This document shows positions 55,973 through 64,000 of a DNA stretch of 64,000 nucleotides, in pieces. The notes under the pieces are model-generated. The model worked only from the letters and a program-made list of their open reading frames with translations, did no database searches and was not told the DNA's origin. Source of the DNA: Candidatus Caccoplasma sp. GTDB taxonomy: Bacteria > Bacteroidota > Bacteroidia > Bacteroidales > G3-4614. The translations under genes were made by a program, and so were the position numbers. Numbering within the stretch: the stretch's first letter is position 1; the number at the start of each line of letters is the position of its first letter. The stretch covers positions 20,666 through 84,665 of the forward strand of contig JAZLBW010000039.1 in the NCBI GenBank assembly GCA_045613905.1, given 5' to 3'.

Positions 55973-56464
55973 CCCATAAACTCTAACCCCCACTCTCTCG
56001 ATTCCCAAAATGGGATTATCTCTCATACCTTGCTTAACGGTTATGTTATAAACTCCCGAAGTTGGAAAGCTATATGAATTCCTATACTCCACTCTCTGCT
56101 GATACGACGTACCCCAGCCATTACCCAACCATTTACCATACTCATCTGCCAAAGTAACATTGAGAGTATCTGAGAAGATTTGGCTGTTGGTGCTGTCAAC
56201 CCCCGAAACAAAAAGATAGAGATTCCTGTAAGGATAGTTATTATTATAAGACAGTTCTATGTCAATATTATACTGTTCAAGCAATGAATCGATTGCAATT
56301 TCATAATTCAACACAGAGTCTCTCTCCCACCCCTCGTTTGGCAAGGCGTGATAAACATGAGCAACAGTTGAGTTTCCACAAGAGTAACATAGCAACACCA
56401 TAAGTGTTGCTATGCCTAACTTTGCAATATTATTCTTTATTTGCATTTTTGTTTTTATCTCCAT
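55967..56464 (-). CDS. gldH: Gliding-motility/T9SS-associated lipoprotein GldH
   Basis: A start at an internal Met (56464 or 56446) gives a lipoprotein signal (MQIKNNIAKLGIATLMVLLCYSCGN). The conserved PSP1-gldH gene order of Bacteroidota supports the call. The ORF-track extension (to 56563) overlaps the PSP1 gene and is unlikely. Confidence 0.7.
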   Translation of the reverse strand: MEIKTKMQIKNNIAKLGIATLMVLLCYSCGNSTVAHVYHALPNEGWERDSVLNYEIAIDSLLEQYNIDIELSYNNNYPYRNLYLFVSGVDSTNSQIFSDTLNVTLADEYGKWLGNGWGTSYQQRVEYRNSYSFPTSGVYNITVKQGMRDNPILGIERVGVRVYGN

Positions 56465-57593
56465 TGGAGTGTCTGTTTCCTTTACGGAATTTTCCACCCT
56501 TATTATTAGGTTTCTTTTTAACACCCTTATCGAATCGTGTAACACTATCTTGTCCCACCACATCGGTAAACTCTTTCTTCTCCTCTTTTGTTGAGGTTAC
56601 ATTGTTTAGCGATTGAGGTTTGTTACCTCGCTTATTCATTGAAATCACCTCAAAAGCACGCGACGCAGATATAGTTACCAAGTTTGCGGGGAACTCCTTG
56701 CTTGTAGAGTATGTTATCTCGCGTTTAAAGATATCCGTTTTAAAGTGATAGTACTCTCCGTCCATGGTTTGAAGAACTATCTCTCTCGACGGCATTCTCT
56801 TTGAACCTTCAACGTAAGCATCAATCTCATAGTTTATGCAACATTTTAGTTTTGCACATTGACCTGCCAATTTTTGAGGGTTCAACGAAATATCCTGATA
56901 GCGAGCGGCACTTGTTGACACAGATATGAAACTTGACATCCATGCCGAGCAACATAGCTGACGACCGCAAGGACCAATTCCACCAATACGCCCAGCCTCT
57001 TGACGAGCGCCAATCTGTTTCATCTCTATTCTGACTCTGAAAGCATCAGCCAAAACTTTGATTAGTTGGCGAAAATCGACTCTATCATCGGCAATATAAT
57101 AGAATATTGCTTTTGCTCCGTCTCCTTGATACTCAACATCTCCAATCTTCATATTAAGATTTAGGTCTTCGGCAATCTTTCTTGCACGAAGCATTGTTGA
57201 GTGTTCCAACGATTTTGCCTCTTGCCACTTTTGTATATCGGCCTCTTTTGCCTTTCGGTACACACGTTTAATCTCTTGGTCGCTTTTAAAGCCCACCTTT
57301 TTCATTTGGCACACAACCAATGGACCTGTCAGGGTAACCTCTCCTATATCGTGTCCGGGAGCGCTCTCCACGGCAACAATATCTCCTTTTGAGAGATCGA
57401 GGTTAAGCGAATTCAGATAATATCCTTTGCGTGTATTCTTAAATTGTACTTCCACAAGGTTGCATTGCTTACTACCCACAGCAGGGACATCAACCAACCA
57501 ATCGAAAGTCTCTAATTTGTTTCCGCCGTATCTTTTTTTGGTGACAACAGGATTTTCGTTATCTTTTATGTTATTTTCCTGATTGTTGTCCAT
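56430..57593 (-). CDS. PSP1-domain protein (RicT/YaaT-like)
   Basis: 387 aa. PSP1 C-terminal domain with a Cys cluster (GPCGRQLCCSAW ... CAKLKCCINYE) and a Lys/Asn-rich tail. Confidence 0.85.
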   Translation of the reverse strand: MDNNQENNIKDNENPVVTKKRYGGNKLETFDWLVDVPAVGSKQCNLVEVQFKNTRKGYYLNSLNLDLSKGDIVAVESAPGHDIGEVTLTGPLVVCQMKKVGFKSDQEIKRVYRKAKEADIQKWQEAKSLEHSTMLRARKIAEDLNLNMKIGDVEYQGDGAKAIFYYIADDRVDFRQLIKVLADAFRVRIEMKQIGARQEAGRIGGIGPCGRQLCCSAWMSSFISVSTSAARYQDISLNPQKLAGQCAKLKCCINYEIDAYVEGSKRMPSREIVLQTMDGEYYHFKTDIFKREITYSTSKEFPANLVTISASRAFEVISMNKRGNKPQSLNNVTSTKEEKKEFTDVVGQDSVTRFDKGVKKKPNNKGGKFRKGNRHSNGDKNKNANKE

Positions 57594-57616
57594 ATAAAGA
57601 GTCTTAGTTTAATTGA

Positions 57617-59155
57617 TTACTTCGCGTAGCTTACAGCTCTTGTTTCACGAATTACGGTAATCTTAACTTGTCCCGGATAAGTCATCTCATCCTGGATACG
57701 TTTAGCTATCTCTGCCGACAAGTTTTCAGTCTCAACATCGTTTATCTTATCAGCACCAACCACAACGCGCAACTCGCGACCTGCTTGAATAGCGTATGTT
57801 TTTGTCACACCGGGATAAGACAAAGCCAATTGTTCCAAATCGTTTAGACGTTTGATGTAAGCCTCAACAATTTCGCGACGCGCTCCCGGACGTGCTCCTG
57901 AAATAGCATCACAAACTTGAACAATAGGAGCTAACAATGATGTCATCTCAACCTCATCGTGGTGCGCTCCAACAGCATTACAAATATCGGGAGTCTCTTT
58001 ATATTTCTCAAGAAGTTTCATACCCAAAAGTGCGTGTGGCAATTCCGGTTCATCATCGGGCACTTTACCTATATCGTGTAAAAGACCTGCACGTTTTGCT
58101 TTTTTAGGATTCAATCCCAACTCACTTGCCATTACAGCACATAGGTTTGCTGTTTCACGAGAGTGTTGCAATAGGTTTTGTCCGTATGACGAACGATATT
58201 TCATTTTACCCACCATTCTAATCAATTCAGGATGCAAACCATGAATTCCCAAATCTATTGCAGTACGTTTTCCTGTTTCTATTATCTCGTCCTCAATTTG
58301 TTTGCGAACTTTTGCAACCACCTCCTCAATACGAGCAGGATGAATACGTCCGTCTGTAACAAGTTGGTGCAATGCCAAACGAGCAATCTCTCTGCGCACA
58401 GGGTCGAATCCTGACAACACAATTGCCTCAGGGGTGTCATCCACAATAATTTCAATACCTGTTGCAGCCTCAAGCGCTCTGATGTTACGCCCTTCGCGAC
58501 CGATGATTCTACCTTTCATCTCATCAGATTCGATGTGGAATACTGTTACAGCATTCTCAATAGTGGTCTCTGTAGCCACTCTTTGAATAGTTTGAATAAC
58601 AATTCTTTTAGCCTCTTTGTTTGCTGTAAGTTTAGCCTCATCCATTATATCGTTTATGTATGAAGCCGCTTGAGTTTTTGCCTCATCTTTAAGAGTCTCC
58701 ACCAAACGTTCTTTAGCCTCTTCTGCAGATAAGCCTGATAGTTTCTCCAATTTTTCGAGTTGAGCTTTGTAAACTTTTTCAACCTCTCCTTTTTTCTTCT
58801 CAACTTTCTCTAATTGAGACTCAAGGTTTACTTTTTGAGCATCTACCTCGTTCTTTTTTCTTTGCAACTCTTGTTGTTGTTGGTTTAGTTGCGACTCGCG
58901 TTGTTGTGCTTTCGACTCTGCCGATTGAAGTTTAGAGTAACGAGCATTTATTTGTTGCTCCATTTCCGACTTCATTTGAATACATTTTTCTTTAGTCTCA
59001 AGCATTTTTGTACGCTTCATCGACTCTGCCTCTTTTCGAGCATCTTCCAAGATATTCTTGGTGCGCGAACGTAGGAGAACTTTAGTTATAAACAGCATTA
59101 ATCCTGCTCCCGCAATTACTCCTACTGCTGTCATTATAATGATACCGCTATCCAT
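57617..59155 (-). CDS. rny: Ribonuclease Y
   Basis: 512 aa. N-terminal TM segment, coiled coil, KH domain ([15 protein letters not shown]) and HD domain (HSRETANL...LLHDIGK). Confidence 0.95.
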   Translation of the reverse strand: MDSGIIIMTAVGVIAGAGLMLFITKVLLRSRTKNILEDARKEAESMKRTKMLETKEKCIQMKSEMEQQINARYSKLQSAESKAQQRESQLNQQQQELQRKKNEVDAQKVNLESQLEKVEKKKGEVEKVYKAQLEKLEKLSGLSAEEAKERLVETLKDEAKTQAASYINDIMDEAKLTANKEAKRIVIQTIQRVATETTIENAVTVFHIESDEMKGRIIGREGRNIRALEAATGIEIIVDDTPEAIVLSGFDPVRREIARLALHQLVTDGRIHPARIEEVVAKVRKQIEDEIIETGKRTAIDLGIHGLHPELIRMVGKMKYRSSYGQNLLQHSRETANLCAVMASELGLNPKKAKRAGLLHDIGKVPDDEPELPHALLGMKLLEKYKETPDICNAVGAHHDEVEMTSLLAPIVQVCDAISGARPGARREIVEAYIKRLNDLEQLALSYPGVTKTYAIQAGRELRVVVGADKINDVETENLSAEIAKRIQDEMTYPGQVKITVIRETRAVSYAK

Positions 59156-59180
59156 TATTTGTTTGTTTTTAAAATGTTAA

Positions 59181-59226
59181 TAAAAAACGCACTACTCTTC
59201 GACAATCTCTTGTCGCAGTGTAGTGC
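59181..59226 (-). terminator. Rho-independent terminator after zapA
   Basis: The minus strand reads CGCACTAC...(nested CGACAA/TTGTCG)...GTAGTGCG followed by TTTTTT. Confidence 0.7.
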
Positions 59227-59250
59227 GGTATAATATATATGTTTACGTTT

Positions 59251-59550
59251 TTATTCTTCATCAGAAGGCAATATTGCCTCAATTCCATCACATATTTCAG
59301 CAATGGCCTTCATATCCTGCATGTGAACTTCGTTCAACACCTGAAGGCGCAACGACATGTAAAGTGCCGCTTGTGCTACTATATACGATTCATCTGCTTT
59401 GGGATTAAGGCGGGTATATTCGTCAATTTTATTGCTTAATTGACTTGCCGCCTTACGATATATCTCTTCGTCTTTTCTTGGAACTGTCAAAGAGAATCGT
59501 TTCCCTGCAATTGTTATTGTTATACGTAATGTCTCCACCATAGCATCCAA
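59251..59550 (-). CDS. zapA: Cell division protein ZapA
   Basis: 99 aa. ITIAGKRFSLTVPRKDEEIYRKAASQLSNKIDEY matches the ZapA pattern. Confidence 0.85.
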   Translation of the reverse strand: MDAMVETLRITITIAGKRFSLTVPRKDEEIYRKAASQLSNKIDEYTRLNPKADESYIVAQAALYMSLRLQVLNEVHMQDMKAIAEICDGIEAILPSDEE

Positions 59551-59553
59551 AAA

Positions 59554-59871
59554 CTATTCGTTAAGTAATAAGATGCATTTGTCAATTTCCCGCACTAACC
59601 TGTTCACTCTTAATCTGGCACTCTTTATGTCGCCCTCTTCCGCGACAAAGCCACGAGCTGCGATTAGTCTCTGTTGTTCGGCTTTTATGTCATTTAGTTG
59701 AGTCTTTGATTGAGACATCTCCTTTTTAAGAGCCTCAATTTCGGCTTTCAACTCTTCAACCTGTGCCTCTGCAATAGTCTTTGCCTCAACTGCTTTACGA
59801 TAGTTCTCCGTCAATAGCATCACACTATTGCGCAATCGTTCTACACCATTAGCTTTTCTATCTTCTGACAT
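59554..59871 (-). CDS. Coiled-coil protein, function unknown (ZapB-like in architecture only)
   Basis: 105 aa with a heptad-rich helical sequence. Tightly coupled to zapA by a 3-nt gap. A TATATTTG -7 match lies at 59892-59899 on the minus strand. Confidence 0.45.
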   Translation of the reverse strand: MSEDRKANGVERLRNSVMLLTENYRKAVEAKTIAEAQVEELKAEIEALKKEMSQSKTQLNDIKAEQQRLIAARGFVAEEGDIKSARLRVNRLVREIDKCILLLNE

Positions 59872-59958
59872 AAATTTACCAAATAACTACACAAATATAA
59901 TATTTAAATTGTAACCTCCAAAATTTAAAAGTGATATTTTTTTAGAAGCTGTTATTAT

Positions 59959-61881
59959 TTATCGTTGTTTACTTATACCTTTATTTAAAAATTCCACAAA
60001 ATCCTCCACATCTTCATTATATCCATATGGCGACGCCAACGGTTTGCCGTCGGATGACAAGAGAATGTAATAGGGTTGAGCATTTGCCCCAAATTTAAGA
60101 CGTTGCAAATAACTCCATTTATCGCCGTATGTTTTCAACGTTATGATTTTACCATACTCCTCCACAACCATCGGCTCGGGAAGTTTGGTTTTATCATCAA
60201 CATGAAGAGTAACCATAACATACTCATCGTCCAAAATATCCTTTACCCTGTCATCCATAAATACCGATGCCTCCATTTTACGACAATTAACACATCCGTA
60301 ACCTGTAAAATCGACAAACATGGGTTTGTCTTGCTCCTTAGCATATGCCGCCGCCTTATCGTAGTCGTTAAATACAACCTCCGATGAGTGTTGCGACAAG
60401 TTAAATGTTTGAGTACTCATTGGCGGTGCAAATGCCGATACGGCTTTTAACGGCGCCCCCCACAAACCCGGTAACATATATATTGAAAAGGCAAGTGATA
60501 TTATAGCCAAAAACAATCGGGTGACAGAGAGATATGCAGGTTTAGTGTCGTGTTTGAATTGTATCATGCCTAAAAGATACAATCCCAAAAGGAAGAATAT
60601 AACAATCCATAGCGTCAAGAATGTCTCTCGAGGCAATATTCCCCAACCATAAGCCAAATCGGCAACGGATAAAAATTTAAGAGCCAATGCAAGTTCAATA
60701 AACGCCAACACCACCTTAACGGAGTTGAGCCACCCACCCGATTTCGGAAGCGATTTAATCAAAGTAGGAAACATCGCAAAGAGAGCAAACGGAAGAGCCA
60801 ATGCCAAAGAGAATCCAAACATACCCACCGCAGGACCTATTGTCACTCCCAACGATGCAGCCTCAACCAACAGAGTTCCGATTATGGGACCTGTACATGA
60901 GAATGAGACCAAAGCCAAGGTAAATGCCATTAACAGGATGCTTAAAAAGCCCGTTGTCGCATCGGCTTTGGCATCAATCTTGGTTGTCCATGAAGCAGGC
61001 AGAGTTATATCGAACGCTCCAAAGAACGAAGCGGCAAACACCACCAACAAAACAAAGAAGAATATATTAAACCAAGCATTTGTTGAGAGGTCGTTTAAGG
61101 CACTTGCTCCAAAAATGGTTGTTATAAATAGGCCAAGGAGCAGATAGATAACAATAATTGCCACACCATACATTATAGCCCTCACAATAGCTTTTCTCTT
61201 GCTTCCACTCTTTTTAAGAAAGAAACCTACCGTCATCGGAATCATAGGCCAAACACATGGGGTCAACAAAGCCAACAATCCTCCAATGAAACTTGTAATA
61301 AATATATAGAACAAAGACTCTTTCTCTGCCAAAGAATCATCAATCTCCTCTATCTCCTCAGCCACAGGTTCCCACCCTTCAATTGATGCAGAATCTAAAA
61401 TAACATTCTCATTCACAGTCATTAGCACATTATTAGGCGAGGAAGCAAACTCAAAACCAACAGTAGTTGGAGGGATACATGTTCCGTTATCGCACGCCAT
61501 ATATCTCACCTCTCCTGCAATCTTATATTGCGGAGATAGTAGTTTAAGTCTCTGAACAAAAGTTACATTGTCCTTAAAGTTATTCAACACCATTGAAAAG
61601 ACACCGCTATACTCCTCTATAGCTTCTCTATCGGCAAGCAACGCTCCGTCAAGTTCTACTCCTTCAAGAATAGAATAAGTTACCTCTGTAGCCAGAGGTC
61701 CACCATCGGGCAAAATATTGGAATACAAATGCCACCCCTCATCAATTGTGGCACTATAACGCAACTCCATTGTATTTTCCGATGTTTTATTCTCTGTCAC
61801 ACTCCACTTTACAGGCTCCAAAATTTGAGCAGACAAAGAGGTTGATATAACGAATAAGAGTAGTAATATTTTTGTTTTCAT
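59959..61881 (-). CDS. dsbD: DsbD-family thiol:disulfide interchange protein
   Basis: The start at 61881 (MKTKILLLLFVISTSLSAQ) gives a signal peptide. N-terminal DsbD-alpha-like domain, a TM core with LLALLTPCVWPMIP, and a C-terminal thioredoxin fold (GYGCVNC). The ORF-track extension to 61962 overlaps the upstream gene. Confidence 0.85.
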   Translation of the reverse strand: MKTKILLLLFVISTSLSAQILEPVKWSVTENKTSENTMELRYSATIDEGWHLYSNILPDGGPLATEVTYSILEGVELDGALLADREAIEEYSGVFSMVLNNFKDNVTFVQRLKLLSPQYKIAGEVRYMACDNGTCIPPTTVGFEFASSPNNVLMTVNENVILDSASIEGWEPVAEEIEEIDDSLAEKESLFYIFITSFIGGLLALLTPCVWPMIPMTVGFFLKKSGSKRKAIVRAIMYGVAIIVIYLLLGLFITTIFGASALNDLSTNAWFNIFFFVLLVVFAASFFGAFDITLPASWTTKIDAKADATTGFLSILLMAFTLALVSFSCTGPIIGTLLVEAASLGVTIGPAVGMFGFSLALALPFALFAMFPTLIKSLPKSGGWLNSVKVVLAFIELALALKFLSVADLAYGWGILPRETFLTLWIVIFFLLGLYLLGMIQFKHDTKPAYLSVTRLFLAIISLAFSIYMLPGLWGAPLKAVSAFAPPMSTQTFNLSQHSSEVVFNDYDKAAAYAKEQDKPMFVDFTGYGCVNCRKMEASVFMDDRVKDILDDEYVMVTLHVDDKTKLPEPMVVEEYGKIITLKTYGDKWSYLQRLKFGANAQPYYILLSSDGKPLASPYGYNEDVEDFVEFLNKGISKQR

Positions 61882-61907
61882 AGTTTTTATTCTAATTAAA
61901 GAAGACT

Positions 61908-64000
61908 CTACTCGCACACCGCACGCACAGATTGTCCGTAGTAACGGTCGTTGCCGTCCCAATCTACGTTGACCGAATTGAAGAACACGCTGCAGGCGTA
62001 GCAGCTGATGCCCGTGTAGAGCGAACTCAACCAGTAGTAGCCGTGACTGCCCGCATCGTAGAGATCGCCGTTGTCGCGAAAGCCCGCAGCAGGAAGAAAT
62101 ATAGAGTTACCATTCACATTACTTGTTACTTTATAGCCGCTTACTCCTTTTTGGGTGGTCCATATCCAAGTGCAATTTGTGGTACTCATTAATTCATCAT
62201 ATTCTGCTTTTGTTGGCATTCGCCATTTGCCGCCCCAATTTACATGAGCGGCATCTGCTGATAAAGGCAAAGTTGAGGGATTTAAACTATATTTATAATT
62301 TGTATCACTATATGGACTTTTTGTTGTAGTCTCTCCCCATGCAAAGTAATCGCCATACTCTTCAGGTGTGTTTGCTCCTACATTACATGTTGCCCATTTG
62401 ACTGATAAGCCAAGGTCAACATATTCGTGAGCGTTGGGTGTGTTTACTTTATTATTTGTTGAGACATTTTTTGCTTCATTATTTTCTATTTCACACACCA
62501 AGCGCAAGCCGAAATTGCTGCCACGAAGGTAGAGATAGCTGTTGAGGCGATGAGCTACACGACAGTACTTCGCACTGAAGTCCCAACTACCGCCACGACT
62601 CACGCGAACTGAGCCACTTGCTGCACCTGTGGGATTGGTCTGTGGTAATGAAGTGTAACTATCATACCAATCGTAACACCACTCATACACGTTTCCGCTC
62701 ATGTCGTAGATACCCAATTCGTTGGGTTGCTTTTGCCCTACAGGGTGTGTTTTTGAGCCTGAATTTGATTTGTACCACGCTACATCTTCTATATTATTGC
62801 TTCCGCTATATTTATAGCCTTTGCTTTTTTTGCCTCCTCTTGCCGCATACTCCCACTCCGCTTCGGTTGGCAAACGATATTTTTTGCCTGTTAATTCACT
62901 TAACTTTTTACAAAATTCTTGTGCTTCGGACCAACTAACTTGTTCTACCGGGTTATTATAGCCTGTAAATTTGCTTGGATTTTCACCCATTATGGCTCTC
63001 CATTGTGCTTGGGTTACTTCGTACCTGCCTATATAGTATGAACTCAATGTTACTTTGTGTGCGGGTTTTTCGTCATCATCTACATCACTTCCTTGCTCAG
63101 GTGTTGCGCCCATTGTAAAGGTGCCGCCCTCGACATATACCATTTGCCGGTTTAAGCCTTTTATTGTTTCGGTGTAGCCATTGACGGTTGTTGCTTTATT
63201 CTCTTGGGGTTGAGTAACCTCTATAGGCTGTTGTTCCGGCTTTTTTGTTAATGAAAACTTCTCAGAAGAAGCTTTTCCCTCCTCTATGGTTATGATTTTA
63301 GTCATGGTTTCATAACCATCTTTTTTTAGGGTTATAGTCCTCTCTCCTATAAGAATATTTTTCAGAATATTTGGAGATATACCCATCTCCTTTCCATCTA
63401 TATATATTGTGGCTCTTGCCGGAGTTGTTTGGAGGTCGAGTATTCCATAACGTGGCACAGGGGCTTCGAGCGTTTTTGAAATAACCTCTCCCGCCGTGGC
63501 GGTCACTGATATTTTTGTTGCATGATGAGACTCTTTGCGTGCTTCTACAATATAGTCTCCTGCATTTAGTTTTCCACTCCAAGTACCAACCCCTTTCTTC
63601 TCATTGTTTATGTATATTTCTGCCTGATTGGGTACTGTTATGGTTACGGTTGAGAAATTGGGTTGCAGTGTCTCGGTGATTGTTTGCGTTCCTCCTCCGC
63701 TTTGTACGTTATGTTTTACTGTTTTAACATTATACATTGGTAATCGGAATTGAAATGTATGCTCTCCGGATATTATTGGCTTAGTTGTTACCGGAGTTGT
63801 TCCCGCATTGACATTGTCTATATATACTGTTGCCCCTTCAGGATTACTGTTTATATGCAACACCGAGTAATCAGGTTCGAGCGAAACCTCCTTTTCAACT
63901 GCCCCTTCGCTCGAGATTGTTATATTTCCAACCTCGGTTTTATACATATTGGCAGACACCTGATATTGGTGAGTTCCATAAGGAAGTGATACGGTTACTA
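61908..64000 (-). CDS. PEGA-repeat / FGE-sulfatase (SUMF1)-like / Fibrobacter-type lectin-domain protein; 5' end beyond the window; candidate DGR target
   Basis: The frame stays open to the window edge (…VTVSLPYGTHQYQVSANMYK…), so the GTG at 63959 is not the start. PEGA-like repeats (e.g. LHINSNPEGATVYIDNVNAGTTP, LQTTPARATIYIDGKEMG). FGE-like core (HKVTLSSYYIGRYEVTQAQW, YRLPTEAEWEYAARGG, YDMSGNVYEWC, RGGSW). C-terminal FISUMP-like domain (GLSVKWATCNVGA ... FLPAAGFR ... SVRAVCE). Confidence 0.8.
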   Translation of the reverse strand, partial: VTVSLPYGTHQYQVSANMYKTEVGNITISSEGAVEKEVSLEPDYSVLHINSNPEGATVYIDNVNAGTTPVTTKPIISGEHTFQFRLPMYNVKTVKHNVQSGGGTQTITETLQPNFSTVTITVPNQAEIYINNEKKGVGTWSGKLNAGDYIVEARKESHHATKISVTATAGEVISKTLEAPVPRYGILDLQTTPARATIYIDGKEMGISPNILKNILIGERTITLKKDGYETMTKIITIEEGKASSEKFSLTKKPEQQPIEVTQPQENKATTVNGYTETIKGLNRQMVYVEGGTFTMGATPEQGSDVDDDEKPAHKVTLSSYYIGRYEVTQAQWRAIMGENPSKFTGYNNPVEQVSWSEAQEFCKKLSELTGKKYRLPTEAEWEYAARGGKKSKGYKYSGSNNIEDVAWYKSNSGSKTHPVGQKQPNELGIYDMSGNVYEWCYDWYDSYTSLPQTNPTGAASGSVRVSRGGSWDFSAKYCRVAHRLNSYLYLRGSNFGLRLVCEIENNEAKNVSTNNKVNTPNAHEYVDLGLSVKWATCNVGANTPEEYGDYFAWGETTTKSPYSDTNYKYSLNPSTLPLSADAAHVNWGGKWRMPTKAEYDELMSTTNCTWIWTTQKGVSGYKVTSNVNGNSIFLPAAGFRDNGDLYDAGSHGYYWLSSLYTGISCYACSVFFNSVNVDWDGNDRYYGQSVRAVCE
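61911..62093 (-). other. GC-rich, NNC-codon block 2 (candidate DGR variable region, C-terminus of the protein)
   Basis: G+C hand counts are 31/60 (61961-62020) and 35/60 (62021-62080), against 23/60 and 20/60 in the next two 60-nt lines. The block encodes LPAAGFRDNGDLYDAGSHGYYWLSSLYTGISCYACSVFFNSVNVDWDGNDRYYGQSVRAVCE. Confidence 0.5.
62491..62633 (-). other. GC-rich, NNC-codon block 1 (candidate DGR variable region, end of the FGE-like domain)
   Basis: G+C hand counts are 31/60 (62521-62580) and 36/60 (62581-62640). The block encodes TGAASGSVRVSRGGSWDFSAKYCRVAHRLNSYLYLRGSNFGLRLVCE. Confidence 0.5.

Noticed and set aside
59156-59250. A possible 6S RNA (ssrS) gene downstream of zapA, by analogy with the zapA-ssrS linkage in E. 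coli.
   Set aside because: The zapA-rny gap is only 95 nt and is essentially filled by one terminator hairpin plus a T-run, far too short for a ~180-nt 6S RNA.
61882-61962. An N-terminal extension of the dsbD ORF (MGRQRPLLRTICACGVRVESSLIRIKT) overlapping the 3' end of the upstream gene.
   Set aside because: The extension is the reverse-frame read of the GC-rich block and has no signal-peptide character. The internal Met at 61881 gives a canonical signal peptide.

Overview
This 64-kb window looks like a chromosomal segment of a low-GC Bacteroidota (Bacteroidales-like) genome. Supporting signs are TAnnTTTG-type -7 promoter boxes, a GldH gene, a T9SS C-terminal sorting domain, and the B. fragilis-type sialic acid pathway. 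I call about 64 protein genes and one tRNA (anticodon CAT). I found no rRNA, CRISPR array, transposase, integrase or prophage gene. Most of the window is housekeeping: folA-thyA, rsgA, frr, pyrH, birA, rnz, tadA, tkt, recR, engB, dnaE, trxA, ispD, recG, cls, rsmD, rny, zapA, proA and argF'. There are two sugar-utilisation operons, galM-transporter-galK and nanT-nanL-nanE-nanM plus a ROK kinase. Envelope and accessory genes include a TonB-dependent receptor, an ECF sigma module, small OMP/lipoprotein pairs, a 1206-aa S8 peptidase with a T9SS sorting domain, a WG-repeat protein and DsbD. The strongest lead is the last gene (61908 to beyond 64000, minus strand), a PEGA / FGE-sulfatase-like / Fibrobacter-type lectin-domain protein. 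It contains two abrupt GC-rich blocks full of NNC codons, placed exactly where diversity-generating retroelement (DGR) variable regions sit. No template repeat or reverse transcriptase lies in this window, so this remains a hypothesis to test on flanking sequence. The second lead is a modular intergenic repeat family at four loci, plus a related heptamer array. It is built from 7-bp AT-rich arrays, 5-bp GC hairpins with triloops, and a roughly 100-nt long-hairpin module. Several regulatory oddities are also listed: a terminator inside the nanT leader, and palindromes upstream of the gal and ROK genes. All calls come from reading the sequence and ORF translations by eye; no database search was run.
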